From contig CM000432.1 of assembly GCA_000165345.1 (NCBI GenBank), positions 1,024,001 to 1,088,000 of the forward strand: a stretch of DNA of 64,000 nt, given 5' to 3'. Positions 31,778 to 43,150 of this stretch are shown here, one piece after another. The translations under genes were made by a program, and so were the position numbers. Every line of letters starts with the position of its first letter. Position 1 is the first letter of the stretch. The notes under the pieces are model-generated. The model saw only the letters and a program-made list of their open reading frames with translations, made no database searches and was not told where the DNA came from.

Positions 31778-34384
31778 TTACTCAAAACCTTTAATTTTGA
31801 AAGGTATATTCTTCACAAGAAAGTTCTTCAAAGTCAAAGCATCAATTAAGAGCGATATCCAAATATCTGAACCAAATATATTTATAGTCTCATAATAAAT
31901 TTCTTTGTTTTGCTCGAATTTACTACAATTCGGAGAAATTAAAGCTCCTTTAAATGTTTGAATAATTCTTGATGATACTAACTTCCGAATAATAATCTTA
32001 ATAGATACTGTATCCAAATATTCTATATATGAATACCCTACTAATGATAGAATTGTAAGCATTCTTTTTTCAATCTTTAATAAAGAAACAGAATTCTCAT
32101 AAGCTGAATTATCAGAATAAGATAATTCAATTTCATCATCAAAGCCTACAGTCCCATCATCTTTCTCTTCAAGTTCCATTTTATGTTTGAATTCAAGCTC
32201 CAAAATTAATGAGGCCAAAAATACTTTATATGACAAAGGAAGAGTTTCAACTAAATTAATTGATACATTATTTAATAAAACTTCTCTACATGCAGCTTGT
32301 ACATGTGGAATTTGAACTTGAAGCTTCTTGTTAGATTTGTTACTTTTATCTATTTTGGAATTTTTGGCTTGCTCAAATTCTTGTTTACAAATTTCCCAAG
32401 CTCTATGAAGGACTTGGAGTGCTCTCCTAACATCAGAAGATTGTTGAGCAATTCTCCTAGCACAGAACTCAACAGCTTTATGACAAAATACGGACTCAAG
32501 ATCTTCTTGTAAAGTTTCAATATTCTTATTTTTGTTTTTATTTCTAATTCTAGGACTTAACCTTCTTCCTTGATCATTTTTATCGCAAGTTTCAATATTA
32601 ATATCAGGTAAGCCAGGAGAAAAATACTTAACTCTATCATTTAAAATAGTGATCATATCTTCAACAGAAAATGGAGTAAAATTGACTCTTGCATAACCAC
32701 ATCTGGATGTACATCTTGGTATAAGTCTTTCAGGAAGATCCATTGTATTAGCAATTGCTATTATGATTAACTTTGTATTTTTTTGGAATGGCCAATCAAT
32801 TAAAGTATAGAGTAAAGAATTGTTAGATCCTTCCATAGTAGAATGTGAAGTTCCATTTTTTTGAAGCCAGTCAATTTCATCAATAACAAGAATAGTAATT
32901 GGGCTCCCTTTAGCCTTTAAATACTTGTCTAAAGATGTATAACATGCTTCTTTATTTGGAGCCCATGTATTAGCTCCATTAAGTTTTTGAAGAAAAGTTC
33001 TGTAAAAATGATCAGGACTACTTAAATGAAGAGCATTAATATAACAAACAGAAATTTTACTTTGATTTTTATTACTCAAATTCATTTCTGTCTCAAGCAT
33101 ATCCAATGTATTTAATACTGTTGCAGTTTTACCAGTACCTGGCAAACCTGCAATAAATAAAACTCCACCTCCTTCATTTAAAATGGAAGTTTTAAGTACA
33201 AGTGTGATTTCTTCATGCTCCTTTTCTCTACAAGGTAGAACTTTTTTTGGACGTTTTGACCAATGTAAATCTGATATTTCTTTGCTTCCAGTAGTTCCTT
33301 GTATTCCATCAAGAGAATCGCCACTTAATTGTGTTCTATTTGATCCAGAACTCATTGAGAGTTGCTTTAAAGCCATATAATTTGTATAATATCCATAGTA
33401 ACTACTACATCTTGAAAGTAAATATGATAAATTTCTTCTTTCACTAATTGGGACTATTGTACCAGTATCAGTTAAAACAAGATACAATGCTAAATAGTTA
33501 TCAGAAACTTCTACAGAATAAGAAGGAAGATCATCATTAAACTCCTTTATGTACTCAATTAATCTCTCATCATGATATTTACAAGAGACAAAACTTTCTT
33601 CTCCTTTGTGAAGAGTTTCTGGATCACATTTCTGAGGGCCAGAATATATTTCCAAACAATCTTTAGTCCATTTCAAATAATCTTTTTTGATATTCCAAAT
33701 ACGAATCATCCTTTTAATTACACTAGCTTCTAAAACTTCACATTTATCGCTTTCAAGGAACTCTTCTTCAAATGTGAACAAATTATCTGGCAATTTAGAT
33801 TTATCAATAATTTTACCTAAATCAAGCAAGTCGTGTTCAGAGTAAAACCATCTTAACTCCACCCCTTGTAAATCTTCTTCAGGATCATATAGAAAAGCCG
33901 TAATTTGTGCTGGTCTTTCATCTCCATTTGATAAACAAACCATTACGTGGTCTCCAATAGTGAACACATCTTTTTCTTCTTTGCTTTCTATTATAAGATG
34001 TGTATATAAGTGATATCCTTGGGAAGTTACTATTGGAGATTTCATCATTTCAGTATTTCCCTCAAATTTATCCAAATGATTTGAAATTTCAAAACTCTCT
34101 AATTTAACATTCTTCCCTTTACGTCCTCTCTTATTCTTTATTTCAAATACTTCCATATCTTTTTCAACTTTTCTTTTTTTTCCATTTGAATACTTTGAAT
34201 AATTATCTGTTGCCAAACCATAAGAAATGGTTAGATATTCAATATTAAAGAAGTACCTTTTTTCATTTTTTCTTCTTCCTCTTTTCAAAATACTCTTGCT
34301 TTCCACCAATTTTGAGGATTGGAGCTTAGACCCCGTGCTCTGCCTAAGTTCAAAGCTTGTAATTCTTCTATCTACTATAGCCAT
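31778..34384 (-). CDS. ORC1: origin recognition complex subunit 1 (ORC1/CDC6 family AAA+ ATPase with N-terminal BAH domain)
   Basis: A BAH domain (FTIGDHVMVCLSNGDERPAQITAFLYDPEEDLQGVELRWFYSEHDL) is followed by AAA+ motifs: Walker A GLPGTGKTATV, Walker B ITILVIDEIDWL, and a sensor plus winged-helix region near the C-terminus. The track start 34396 is TTG, with the first ATG at 34384. Confidence 0.8.
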   Translation of the reverse strand: MAIVDRRITSFELRQSTGSKLQSSKLVESKSILKRGRRKNEKRYFFNIEYLTISYGLATDNYSKYSNGKKRKVEKDMEVFEIKNKRGRKGKNVKLESFEISNHLDKFEGNTEMMKSPIVTSQGYHLYTHLIIESKEEKDVFTIGDHVMVCLSNGDERPAQITAFLYDPEEDLQGVELRWFYSEHDLLDLGKIIDKSKLPDNLFTFEEEFLESDKCEVLEASVIKRMIRIWNIKKDYLKWTKDCLEIYSGPQKCDPETLHKGEESFVSCKYHDERLIEYIKEFNDDLPSYSVEVSDNYLALYLVLTDTGTIVPISERRNLSYLLSRCSSYYGYYTNYMALKQLSMSSGSNRTQLSGDSLDGIQGTTGSKEISDLHWSKRPKKVLPCREKEHEEITLVLKTSILNEGGGVLFIAGLPGTGKTATVLNTLDMLETEMNLSNKNQSKISVCYINALHLSSPDHFYRTFLQKLNGANTWAPNKEACYTSLDKYLKAKGSPITILVIDEIDWLQKNGTSHSTMEGSNNSLLYTLIDWPFQKNTKLIIIAIANTMDLPERLIPRCTSRCGYARVNFTPFSVEDMITILNDRVKYFSPGLPDINIETCDKNDQGRRLSPRIRNKNKNKNIETLQEDLESVFCHKAVEFCARRIAQQSSDVRRALQVLHRAWEICKQEFEQAKNSKIDKSNKSNKKLQVQIPHVQAACREVLLNNVSINLVETLPLSYKVFLASLILELEFKHKMELEEKDDGTVGFDDEIELSYSDNSAYENSVSLLKIEKRMLTILSLVGYSYIEYLDTVSIKIIIRKLVSSRIIQTFKGALISPNCSKFEQNKEIYYETINIFGSDIWISLLIDALTLKNFLVKNIPFKIKGFE

Positions 34385-35129
34385 TTTTCTTGACAAAATC
34401 TCACTAGATTTTTTCCCCTAATCAATCAAACTTTGTATAGTTATTGAAAATAATCCATCTAATCTAATATATTCTTACTTTTTTTAAATACTTTTTACTC
34501 AATTACTATATTTTTGTTTAAATCAATAACATAAGTTAAAATATCACAAATTTGTTCTTAGAAAAAATATCAAGTACTCTGGTAGAACTGTTTAAGATGA
34601 ATTTATATTAAAATAATCTCCACTTTTCTTTATAACTTAACAAAATATTAATTATTATTTGTTTTTTTTTAATTATTATTTTCAGAAAAAAAATAGTTAC
34701 TAAAGAGGGGCGAAAAGTGGGGAAACATTACAAAATGTCAACTTGTACTTTTTAAGCTTCAAGAAATATATAGTAATATTAATAATAATAATTTTTTAAA
34801 TTAGGCCTACTCTTCTCATAGAATAATAATATATAAAAAATAATTAATTTATGATTTTTTCACTTTGAAGATTTATAAATAAATTTTCTACATAAATGAA
34901 GAAGAAATTAACTAAATTCATTTTAAAAACGGGAATAATTACCAAAAATTCTATTCTTTACAATATTTGTATGTACCTTAAAAATAAAAATAAATGCATG
35001 AATTTAGATAATTATAGGTCTATTGAACTTGCTTGTTTTAATTATTCTTATACAGATATTTTTGCTTCCTTAATATCCCACAATTATTGCCATTTTACTA
35101 ATATTTTCGGTTAAAGTTATAAAGCAAAA

Positions 35130-35148
35130 GGCGGGAAATGTGCCCGCC
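35130..35148. promoter_or_regulatory. palindromic double E2F-type site GGCGGGAAA-TGTG-CCCGCC in the ORC1 (-) / Hook (+) divergent intergenic region
   Basis: GGCGGGAAA is the reverse complement of the canonical E2F consensus TTTCCCGCC. An inverted CCCGCC copy lies 4 nt downstream. A further GAGGGGCGAAAAG lies at 34706-34718, nearer ORC1. Confidence 0.55.
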
Positions 35149-35684
35149 GAGTGTGTATTGGTGCATTATTTGCACAGGAAAAATACACATGGGGAATAAG
35201 AGATGATAAATAGAAAACAAAAAAGATAAATGTAATATACGGATATACGAATATATATATACATATATATGTATAAATTTATATATTTATATATGAATTA
35301 AGAATTTTAATTATAAGGATCGTCAGCACAAGAATTGTTGCAAAACTGATATTAAAGACACGATTAATTTTGAATAAGAGAATTGATAAGAAAGTGAGTA
35401 TACAAAAACAGAAGGAAAAGTGTCTGAGAAATAAATTAAATATATAAGAATATATGAAGCTGGTTAAAATTGAGTTGCATTTTTCTGCGTATTCTTAACT
35501 TTGAAAGATAGAGAAATTTGAACTATTTTTAATAAGCTGGGTGCATTCATAGAATTGGCTTTATTTTTATCATGCAATATCTGTATTTTTTATAATTAAA
35601 AAAAGGATTAATAAAATATTAAGAAAAATATAAAGTAAACAAAGTAAACCGATTATTTTAAGCAAAAATAAACAGGAATATAAA

Positions 35685-37430
35685 ATGGGAACAAAAATTA
35701 AGAATCCACAAAAGACTTTGAAATGTTGCTTCGAGTGGTTTAAGACATTTAAAATAATGGAAAGTGATGGTGTTGTTTGTAATGATGTTTTTGATGTATT
35801 AACCCCAAGCAATTTAATATTATTTATTCAGGAATTATCTCCAATGTTTTTTGCCGACTATTCTTTAACAGAAGAACATAATAAAGAAATAGCGAAAGGG
35901 CTACATTTCTTAATGGACAGTATCAATGACTATATGGACGGTAGATTTTGTGATGAAATTGACGCTTTAGATTATGATTTGATTGCTTCTGCAATTGAAA
36001 AAAAAGGTAAGGTGCAAGATGATATTTTATGTGAAATATGCAGAGTATGTGGATTTGTTATAGTATTTGCAGTAGAAAGTGAGTATAATGAGGATGTCAT
36101 TAGTAATATGATGATCTTAAGTGAAGATGCCCAAATAGAGTTGCAACATATGATTCAAGTTACTGGAGAATTTGCTGAGGAAGAAGAAGAGGAAGAACCA
36201 GAGGAAGAGGTTGGTGATCGATCCGTTTTGGGAGGAGGACAAGTAGGAATAAGTTTGGCTCATGCTGATGAATTGGAGAGAAGAATAGAAACTTTGGAAA
36301 GACAACTTAAATCTGAGCAAAAAGCCAGACAAACAGCAGAGGATGCATTAAAAAAAGCCTCAGCAAAACCAAAGTCTGCAATTGAAGAGACTGAAAAGCT
36401 TGAAAATGAAGTATGGAATCTGCAAAATGAAAAAACACAACTAATAAAAGAAAAAAAAGAATTAGAAACTAAATTAAAAGGAGATATTAAGGACCTTCAA
36501 TCTGAAATTGATTTATATAAGACAGAAGCTGGAAAAGTCGAAGGATTAGAACAACAAATTAAAAAGCTTAAAGAAAAAGTAGATAGCCTTTTGGACTTAA
36601 AAAGACAGAATGAGAAGCTAATCAAGCAATTAGAGGAATTAGAAGAAAATGGTGGTGGTGGTGGAGGAGGAGATGGAGGAGATTCTGAAGGAAATAAGAA
36701 ATCATCACAGTTACTTAAAGACCGAATTTCTGATTTAGAAGAAGAGCTTGAGAAAAATGAAAATGAAAAGGATGAATTAAATGAACAATTAACTAAAGTT
36801 AAACAACAATATGAAAAGCTTCAAAAAGAGCTTAAAATTAAGCAAGACCAAGTTAAAGTTTTAGTTAAGCTTTTAGATGAAAATGGAGTGTCTATTGCAG
36901 GGAAGGTTGACATTAACTTAGGAGAAGCTGAATCATTTCCTACACCTGGAACAGAAAGCTTTTATATTACTCAACTTTCAATTTTGACAGAACAATTAAA
37001 TATGCAAAAGCAACTACTTTTAAGCGAACAAAAACGCATACAATTATTAGAATCACAAGGGTTGAAAACAAATAGTGGAGATGAGTCAACTCATGCTGAT
37101 GGAGCTTCAGGAAGTGATTTTGCTACAATCAATACCTTAAAGCAGCAAATCATGATTAGAGAACAAGAAGCTGAACTTCACCTTTCTGCTAAAAAAGAGA
37201 TTGAGAAAAGAACTCAAATGGAACTTAAATTATTGTCTACATGCTTGCATGATATGGCACTTAGATATCATCAATGTAAATCTATTATCAAGCAACTTGA
37301 TGAGGAGCTTTCATCTTTAAAGCAAAAATGCCAAATATCTATTAATACTGTTGAACAAGAATCTGCTGCTTTTAATAAAGATAATGTTGGTAATTTGAAT
37401 CAAGTTCCGAATAATGAATATATTAATTAA
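35685..37430 (+). CDS. Hook-domain coiled-coil protein (Hook/microtubule-tethering family-like)
   Basis: The N-terminal about 150 aa (LKCCFEWFKTFKI...LILFIQELSPMFF...ICRVCGFVIVFAVESEY...IELQHMIQV) resemble the Hook N-terminal CH-like domain. The remaining about 400 aa are heptad-rich coiled coil with E/K repeats and a poly-Gly linker (GGGGGGGDGGD, 36650-36690). Confidence 0.65.
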   Translation: MGTKIKNPQKTLKCCFEWFKTFKIMESDGVVCNDVFDVLTPSNLILFIQELSPMFFADYSLTEEHNKEIAKGLHFLMDSINDYMDGRFCDEIDALDYDLIASAIEKKGKVQDDILCEICRVCGFVIVFAVESEYNEDVISNMMILSEDAQIELQHMIQVTGEFAEEEEEEEPEEEVGDRSVLGGGQVGISLAHADELERRIETLERQLKSEQKARQTAEDALKKASAKPKSAIEETEKLENEVWNLQNEKTQLIKEKKELETKLKGDIKDLQSEIDLYKTEAGKVEGLEQQIKKLKEKVDSLLDLKRQNEKLIKQLEELEENGGGGGGGDGGDSEGNKKSSQLLKDRISDLEEELEKNENEKDELNEQLTKVKQQYEKLQKELKIKQDQVKVLVKLLDENGVSIAGKVDINLGEAESFPTPGTESFYITQLSILTEQLNMQKQLLLSEQKRIQLLESQGLKTNSGDESTHADGASGSDFATINTLKQQIMIREQEAELHLSAKKEIEKRTQMELKLLSTCLHDMALRYHQCKSIIKQLDEELSSLKQKCQISINTVEQESAAFNKDNVGNLNQVPNNEYIN

Positions 37431-38260
37431 AACAATTTTTTTTGTCATTTAACTTCAAGCCTAATTTCATTGCTCTTGTATTAATTATTAATACATAAAA
37501 TCGCATATACAGAATTTTAATATTAATGGTTTAATCATCTTATTGATATTTTTATAATTAATATTTAGCCTAATTATAGTTCATAAAAAGTTTGATTTAT
37601 TCTCTTTTTTTCTTTTTTAAAAAATTGTATTTGTTTCTTTCCTAAACTGTTTTTTTAAATAATTAATATATAAAAATTAATAATATTAACATGATAGTAT
37701 TAAAGGGATTGTTTCAGAACAGTTATGTAAAAACCTAATTTGAACAATCAAATAATTTCTCTCAGAAGCTACAATTATAAATATTCTAATTTAACCTTTA
37801 AGCTAAAAATAATCTAATTTTCACGATTCCTACATTTAATAACATTCATTATATGAAAAAAACTATAGTAGGAAAAAAATTTGTTTCTATTACGTGTAAT
37901 TCAAAATATTAAAGTACACACAAATGTAAATTGTATTAAACAATTGGTATTGAGATATTTAGTTGTTATTTACGTTTCAATAGAAGCTTTGTGAATTCAT
38001 TAAGTTTACCCACAAATTGATAATAAATGTTAAGGGTATTGAGTTTTCAAGAAAATTTAGATTTATGAATTAATGTGATTTAGAAATAATGCTTCAAATT
38101 AACTACAGTAATTTATTTCATTATCTTAATGATTAATTATAAATACTATTATGCAAAAAAAAAAACGGATTGATACGATCCCCCTCAAAAACCACTTGTT
38201 TCATTATATTGCAATTATTTAATATTCAATTAATGTCTTAATAATAATTTAAAGCTAACG

Positions 38261-38269
38261 TTGGCGCCC
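38261..38269. promoter_or_regulatory. TTGGCGCCC element about 225 nt upstream of the DAG-kinase-like gene
   Basis: Direct reading; the GGCGCC core is at 38263-38268. Confidence 0.4.
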
Positions 38270-38347
38270 TTAGTAAGATCCAATTACGTAATAAATTAAA
38301 AGAATAAATTCAGTAAATAATTTACAGAAATATATATAAACATAATA

Positions 38348-38395
<48 letters not shown>

Positions 38396-38490
38396 AATAT
38401 ATTTCCTGTTAATAGGAACACACAAATGTTGTGTTTCTAACACAACCCACAAGCAATTGATTTTTATAAACTTGAATTAATGGTTAAAAG

Positions 38491-40002
38491 ATGGGTTCGA
38501 TCGATTTATCACCAGGTTCCAGCTTTAGAAGTGGATCTTCAATCACATACACAATTTTTTTGTTCGTAAATCCAACTTCTGGAGGCAATAAAGCATCAGT
38601 CTTCACAAAATCTGGGATGGATATGTTCAGGATTTCCAATCCCGTTTCTGCAAGTGTGCATATATATGATATTCGGCAAGGGGAGACGGGAAAAAAAGAG
38701 GGTTTTCTGAAAGTGAAGGAGACCGCAAATAGTATGGGTGACAATTCAATTCCTTTATACATTATTGCAGCCGGTGGAGATGGTACAGTTATGTGGTGTG
38801 TAGATGAATTAGAAAAGACCAGTGTTGATTTCGACAAATTAGTTATAGGTGTAATACCTTTCGGAACGGGGAATGACTTTTCAAGAGCACTAAATTGGAT
38901 GACAATTTTGGATAATCCATTTGATAATGGATTACACAGATTTAGACAACTAATTAGCGATTGGATTAATGCAGACATAATTGAACATGATATTTGGTCA
39001 GTTAAAGCTGTAGTGGATAGCTATGGTTGTTTTTATAAAGTTGATTCTTATTCTAGAAAGAAAAAAGTTGTTAATAAGCAGGGTAGAGCAAATGCAAGAC
39101 AAAGTAATCATGAATTCTCTAGAGGTATTGATAGAGGATCCAACACTATTGCTACTGAATTGACTTTTAGAATGTCCAACTACTTCAGTGTAGGAGTAGA
39201 ATCAAGAATTGGTATAGGATTTGACAGATATCGAACCAAGAACGCAGTCCTGAACAAAATGAGATATGCGCTTGAAGGAGTTAAGAATACATTCCGTCAT
39301 ACAACTCCTGTATACGATATAATTGATAAATGCACAGTAAATACAACTTGTAACAAGGAAGATTCTGATTTAATTGTTTCATCAGAAAAAGTGTTATTTG
39401 TGACTGATCAGAATGCTAAATTTAAGAGTAATTCATGCACATGCTCTAAAGGAGGTTATGAGTTTGTTGATACTCAAAATTCTATTTCCGAGCATAACCG
39501 CCAGTCTACCGGACATTATCAGAACTCCGTAGAAAATCCGTCGCCAACTCTAATGCCTTGCGCTTCTTTAATATTCATTAACATTCCTTCATTTGCCTCT
39601 GGGAATGATATTTGGCGGTATTGTAAAGGGAACTGTGGAATAAAGTTTAAATCGAGACGCGATTCTATTGAAAATATGCTTTTCGAACAACAGAAAATGG
39701 GCGATGAGATTATTGAATGCGTATCGTTTCCTTCAGCTGTGGCAATTGGACTCGAGATCGCTATTAAGGGTATGGGGAGAAGAGTTTTTCAAAACAAAGG
39801 GCCTGTTAGACTTCATTTTAAGCAGAAGAACTCCCTTGCCACTGGTAGAAAGGTTTACTTCCAAGTAGATGGAGAGTTTCTAATCGCCTACCATCCTTTA
39901 TACTTTGACGTTTCTCATTCTCGTAAGATTAAAGTTTTACAAGGAAAAACTGACAGAACCTTACACTCTGCAACTCTTTTTAACAATTTCAAATCCAATT
40001 AG
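38491..40002 (+). CDS. lipid kinase with a diacylglycerol-kinase catalytic (DAGKc) domain, DAG/sphingosine/ceramide kinase superfamily
   Basis: DAGKc signature blocks are present: IFLFVNPTSGGNKA, YIIAAGGDGTVMWCVDEL and VIGVIPFGTGNDFSRALNW. A C-terminal accessory region follows. Confidence 0.8.
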   Translation: MGSIDLSPGSSFRSGSSITYTIFLFVNPTSGGNKASVFTKSGMDMFRISNPVSASVHIYDIRQGETGKKEGFLKVKETANSMGDNSIPLYIIAAGGDGTVMWCVDELEKTSVDFDKLVIGVIPFGTGNDFSRALNWMTILDNPFDNGLHRFRQLISDWINADIIEHDIWSVKAVVDSYGCFYKVDSYSRKKKVVNKQGRANARQSNHEFSRGIDRGSNTIATELTFRMSNYFSVGVESRIGIGFDRYRTKNAVLNKMRYALEGVKNTFRHTTPVYDIIDKCTVNTTCNKEDSDLIVSSEKVLFVTDQNAKFKSNSCTCSKGGYEFVDTQNSISEHNRQSTGHYQNSVENPSPTLMPCASLIFINIPSFASGNDIWRYCKGNCGIKFKSRRDSIENMLFEQQKMGDEIIECVSFPSAVAIGLEIAIKGMGRRVFQNKGPVRLHFKQKNSLATGRKVYFQVDGEFLIAYHPLYFDVSHSRKIKVLQGKTDRTLHSATLFNNFKSN

Positions 40003-40609
40003 TCTAATTTGGAATTTTTAAACAGCATTTTTTCACAGCTTTAAGATATTGACAAAAGTACTATAATTTCTTGCGCAGTGTAACACTGTAACGATGCAAT
40101 ATTAAAATAGTACATATTTTATTTTTAATTATTTTGCTTTAAGGCTTCGTCATAGGCCTAGATATAACGTCTTTTGAACTTTGATTAGACATTTATAACT
40201 ATTAATTACTAATTGTTAATATTTTTAAAAACCTTTTTCTCTTTAATAATGCTGGTAATAACATACTTAGTAATACAACAAATCTGAATTTTGGTCTCTT
40301 TGGCAGTATTGACGCACTTCAACTCTTCGATATTAATTTATTAATATTACATTTTAAGCCATTTTGGCATAAATCAATCAATTTACATGCATGTTCTGGC
40401 GCCATGTCAATTTAATAGTAAAAGTTGGAATTAAAGAAAATAATTACTTAATAGGCAAATATGATGGGATATTGAAATAAATAAACTTAGGAATTTAAGA
40501 GAATTTTGGGGGTAAAAGTAGTAATTGGAGCTTTTTTTTTAAGAAACAAGTTGCTAATAATTGATAAATTAAATTTAATACTAGCTATTTATTCTTTGAT
40601 TTTTGTTTT

Positions 40610-43150
40610 TTAAAAGCTTGGGAACATTTTCGTCATAGTTTTTACTACGGAATAATTCCCCAAATTTCTAAAGGAATTATCTTCATTTATATCATTTAAG
40701 TTGCTATAACGATTAATAGTTTGAGTTTGTTGAGCTTCAATTCCATTCTTTTGAAAGCAATATTTCAAGTCTTTATTTGAATATGATTCATCTAACTCAT
40801 CTCTTTGTTTAATTTCCTTCTGATTTTTCTTCCTAATTGGACTAGGATCTTGAATGAAGTCAAATTTGGAACTTTCCAGAATATTAAGTCTTTTCTTTAC
40901 GAACTCATAAAATTCTATGTCCGACTTTATACGCTGATAAAAAGGAGAAGAGTTAAATCTTTCAATAATACTGATAATATTATTAAAGAATGATTTGCCT
41001 ATTTGTTTTGCAATAAAAGAGGGAACAGCTTTTGGCACAAAATTTGGAATAGGCATATTTGATTTGGATAGGAATGAAATTCTTGTTTGAGATGGACAGT
41101 TTGGCACAGATTGAATGACAAAACATAAAGAGAGTATATCAAGCTTTGAAGCATTAGACTGGGCTTCTTTGACCTTAATTCCACAAACTGAATCAGCTTT
41201 ATCTGGCAGGGAAACTGCAGTAATAATAATGCAGGGCTCAGAGTCCTCTTCTTCTTGCCTGCTAACATCAATAGCTACACAATATAACGAACACTGGCAA
41301 AGACCAATAGGCCAAGGCATATTTGAATAATGACGAACAAGTTGATTATATAATCCAATATATGCCAAACATTCTGAACTTGTAACAAATGGAGCCCATT
41401 TAAGGTGTAAATCGCATTCATTTACAATACTGACCACATTTATTGGATTAGTATTTACGATATTATCACATAGTATTAGAAATTCTGATTCATTACCCAT
41501 AGTCCACCACATCCCCAGGTTAGAATCACCAAGTGAATTCCATTCAGAATTTGAAATTTCTGCTTTGATCGATTTTTCGTCCAAATTACGGTAAAACTGT
41601 TCTTCACATTTATTATTTAGATGCTTTTTCTTATATTTAAGAGCTAATACTAAATCTGTATAGCTTGTTGAGCACTTATATAATGCAAATCTTAATCTGT
41701 GGATTTGTGGATTAGTAACCAATTTAGTGATAAATTCACAAAGCCTGGAATCCTGCTCTAAACCTAAACACTTGACTTCTGTTGGGAACTTTAAGTACTC
41801 TAATGCAATGTTACGGTCACTAATTGATGAGAATTTATTGTTACTTGTTGGGAAACAGTTTTGTGAAAATATTATACACGGAAAATCTTCTAATCTAATA
41901 AGCTTTGAATTTAAATTTGTTTTTGAAGTTTCCATATTCTCCAAAAAAACACTTTCACGATTTTTACCAGTTTCTTTATTTTCTCCAGATATTTTTGGAA
42001 GTAGGGAAAATGATTCCAAGAAAAGTTTGCCTTTCTTACATCCAATTCCTACTTGAGAAGCCAATTCTGATGTAGATGACTTTGAGTTATTACTAATATT
42101 ATTTCCGCCATTACTACAACTACTACTTAAATGATATCTCCATTTTCTTGAGCTTCCTGTTCCTGATGAACTATTTAAGTTGGAAGAACTTCCATTTGAA
42201 AACTTTATTGGGACTCCATTTCTATTCAAATGAACTGGCTCTATAATTAATTTGTTTTTTGAAGAGTCATTAATATTATTTACTAGATTATTTCTATTTG
42301 AACTAAACTTTAAACTCTTTAATGTATTATGAAAAGATGATGTAGATTGAGTATTTGTACTGTTGTTCTGGCTATTGTTTGAAATTGTTTCATTATTACC
42401 TGTTTTGTTATTTAAGATAAGATTCATCTCTAAAATAATAGAGTTTCCAATACCTATTCTTTTTTCAATTATTCCAAATAAGAATTCAGAAAGCTCTAAA
42501 AACTTGGAATATGCAATGTATGGTAAATTACTCATAAAATTCTTTAGTATATCCTCTAAAAGTAATTCCAAAAGATCAATTTCTTCATCTTTAGTTTCAT
42601 AATTGATCTCCTCAGTAACACAAAGATTACTCAAGGATTTTGAATGTTCATCAGATTGGAAGTCTATTGAAGTTGTAATTGGAGTAATGTTTGTTGAATT
42701 TAACTTCACTTCAAAGTCTTTCCTGGATTGATTATATGGTGATTTAGGTAAGTAAGGACTATTACAGCTTGTTGTTGTTGTCGCCATTAAATTGCCATCC
42801 AAATTAAAATTTTCAATATTTTTTGGAATGAAGCAATTATTTCCAGGATTAGGAACTGAAATCTTAAAAGTTTTAAAATTAAGAACATGATCCTTATCTA
42901 CCCTTTCTTCATTTGTTTGTACAACTTCTTTAGTCTGAAGACTTTGAGATTTTTTTTGAATATTTTCATTTTTCTCACCTTCAGAGATCTCAATATATTT
43001 AGATAGTACATCAAACTTTTCTGAATCTATTCCAGTTCCATTAATTAAATTTTCATTAAAAATGTCATTTACATTATGCTTTTCATTCAATTTTCTTCTA
43101 GACTCATCCAAAAAAGAAAGGAATCCAAATGCTTTACGAAAAGGCTTCAT
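40610..43150 (-). CDS. hypothetical protein (846 aa) with a long N/S-rich low-complexity centre and a conserved-looking globular C-terminal domain of unknown function (a START/Bet v1-like lipid-binding fold is a low-confidence guess)
   Basis: A long ORF. The C-terminal about 300 aa are complex and Cys/Trp-containing (GMWWTMGNESEFLILCDN...PWPIGLCQCSLYCVAIDVSRQEEEDSEPCIIITAVSLPDKAD), unlike the repeat-rich middle. Confidence 0.7.
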   Translation of the reverse strand: MKPFRKAFGFLSFLDESRRKLNEKHNVNDIFNENLINGTGIDSEKFDVLSKYIEISEGEKNENIQKKSQSLQTKEVVQTNEERVDKDHVLNFKTFKISVPNPGNNCFIPKNIENFNLDGNLMATTTTSCNSPYLPKSPYNQSRKDFEVKLNSTNITPITTSIDFQSDEHSKSLSNLCVTEEINYETKDEEIDLLELLLEDILKNFMSNLPYIAYSKFLELSEFLFGIIEKRIGIGNSIILEMNLILNNKTGNNETISNNSQNNSTNTQSTSSFHNTLKSLKFSSNRNNLVNNINDSSKNKLIIEPVHLNRNGVPIKFSNGSSSNLNSSSGTGSSRKWRYHLSSSCSNGGNNISNNSKSSTSELASQVGIGCKKGKLFLESFSLLPKISGENKETGKNRESVFLENMETSKTNLNSKLIRLEDFPCIIFSQNCFPTSNNKFSSISDRNIALEYLKFPTEVKCLGLEQDSRLCEFITKLVTNPQIHRLRFALYKCSTSYTDLVLALKYKKKHLNNKCEEQFYRNLDEKSIKAEISNSEWNSLGDSNLGMWWTMGNESEFLILCDNIVNTNPINVVSIVNECDLHLKWAPFVTSSECLAYIGLYNQLVRHYSNMPWPIGLCQCSLYCVAIDVSRQEEEDSEPCIIITAVSLPDKADSVCGIKVKEAQSNASKLDILSLCFVIQSVPNCPSQTRISFLSKSNMPIPNFVPKAVPSFIAKQIGKSFFNNIISIIERFNSSPFYQRIKSDIEFYEFVKKRLNILESSKFDFIQDPSPIRKKNQKEIKQRDELDESYSNKDLKYCFQKNGIEAQQTQTINRYSNLNDINEDNSFRNLGNYSVVKTMTKMFPSF

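Noticed and set aside
34896-35114. 72-aa ORF in the ORC1/Hook intergenic region
   Set aside because: It is short and low-complexity with no domain. It sits directly upstream of the palindromic E2F element and is more likely promoter or UTR sequence.
38491-38510. tRNA-like GGGTTCGATCG motif
   Set aside because: It is the start of the DAG-kinase-like CDS (ATGGGTTCGATCGAT = MGSID). No acceptor or anticodon arm pairing is present.
38484-38978. 164-aa antisense ORF overlapping the 5' end of the DAG-kinase-like gene
   Set aside because: It is fully nested opposite a CDS with strong conserved motifs and shows no independent signal. It is a chance open frame on the opposite strand.
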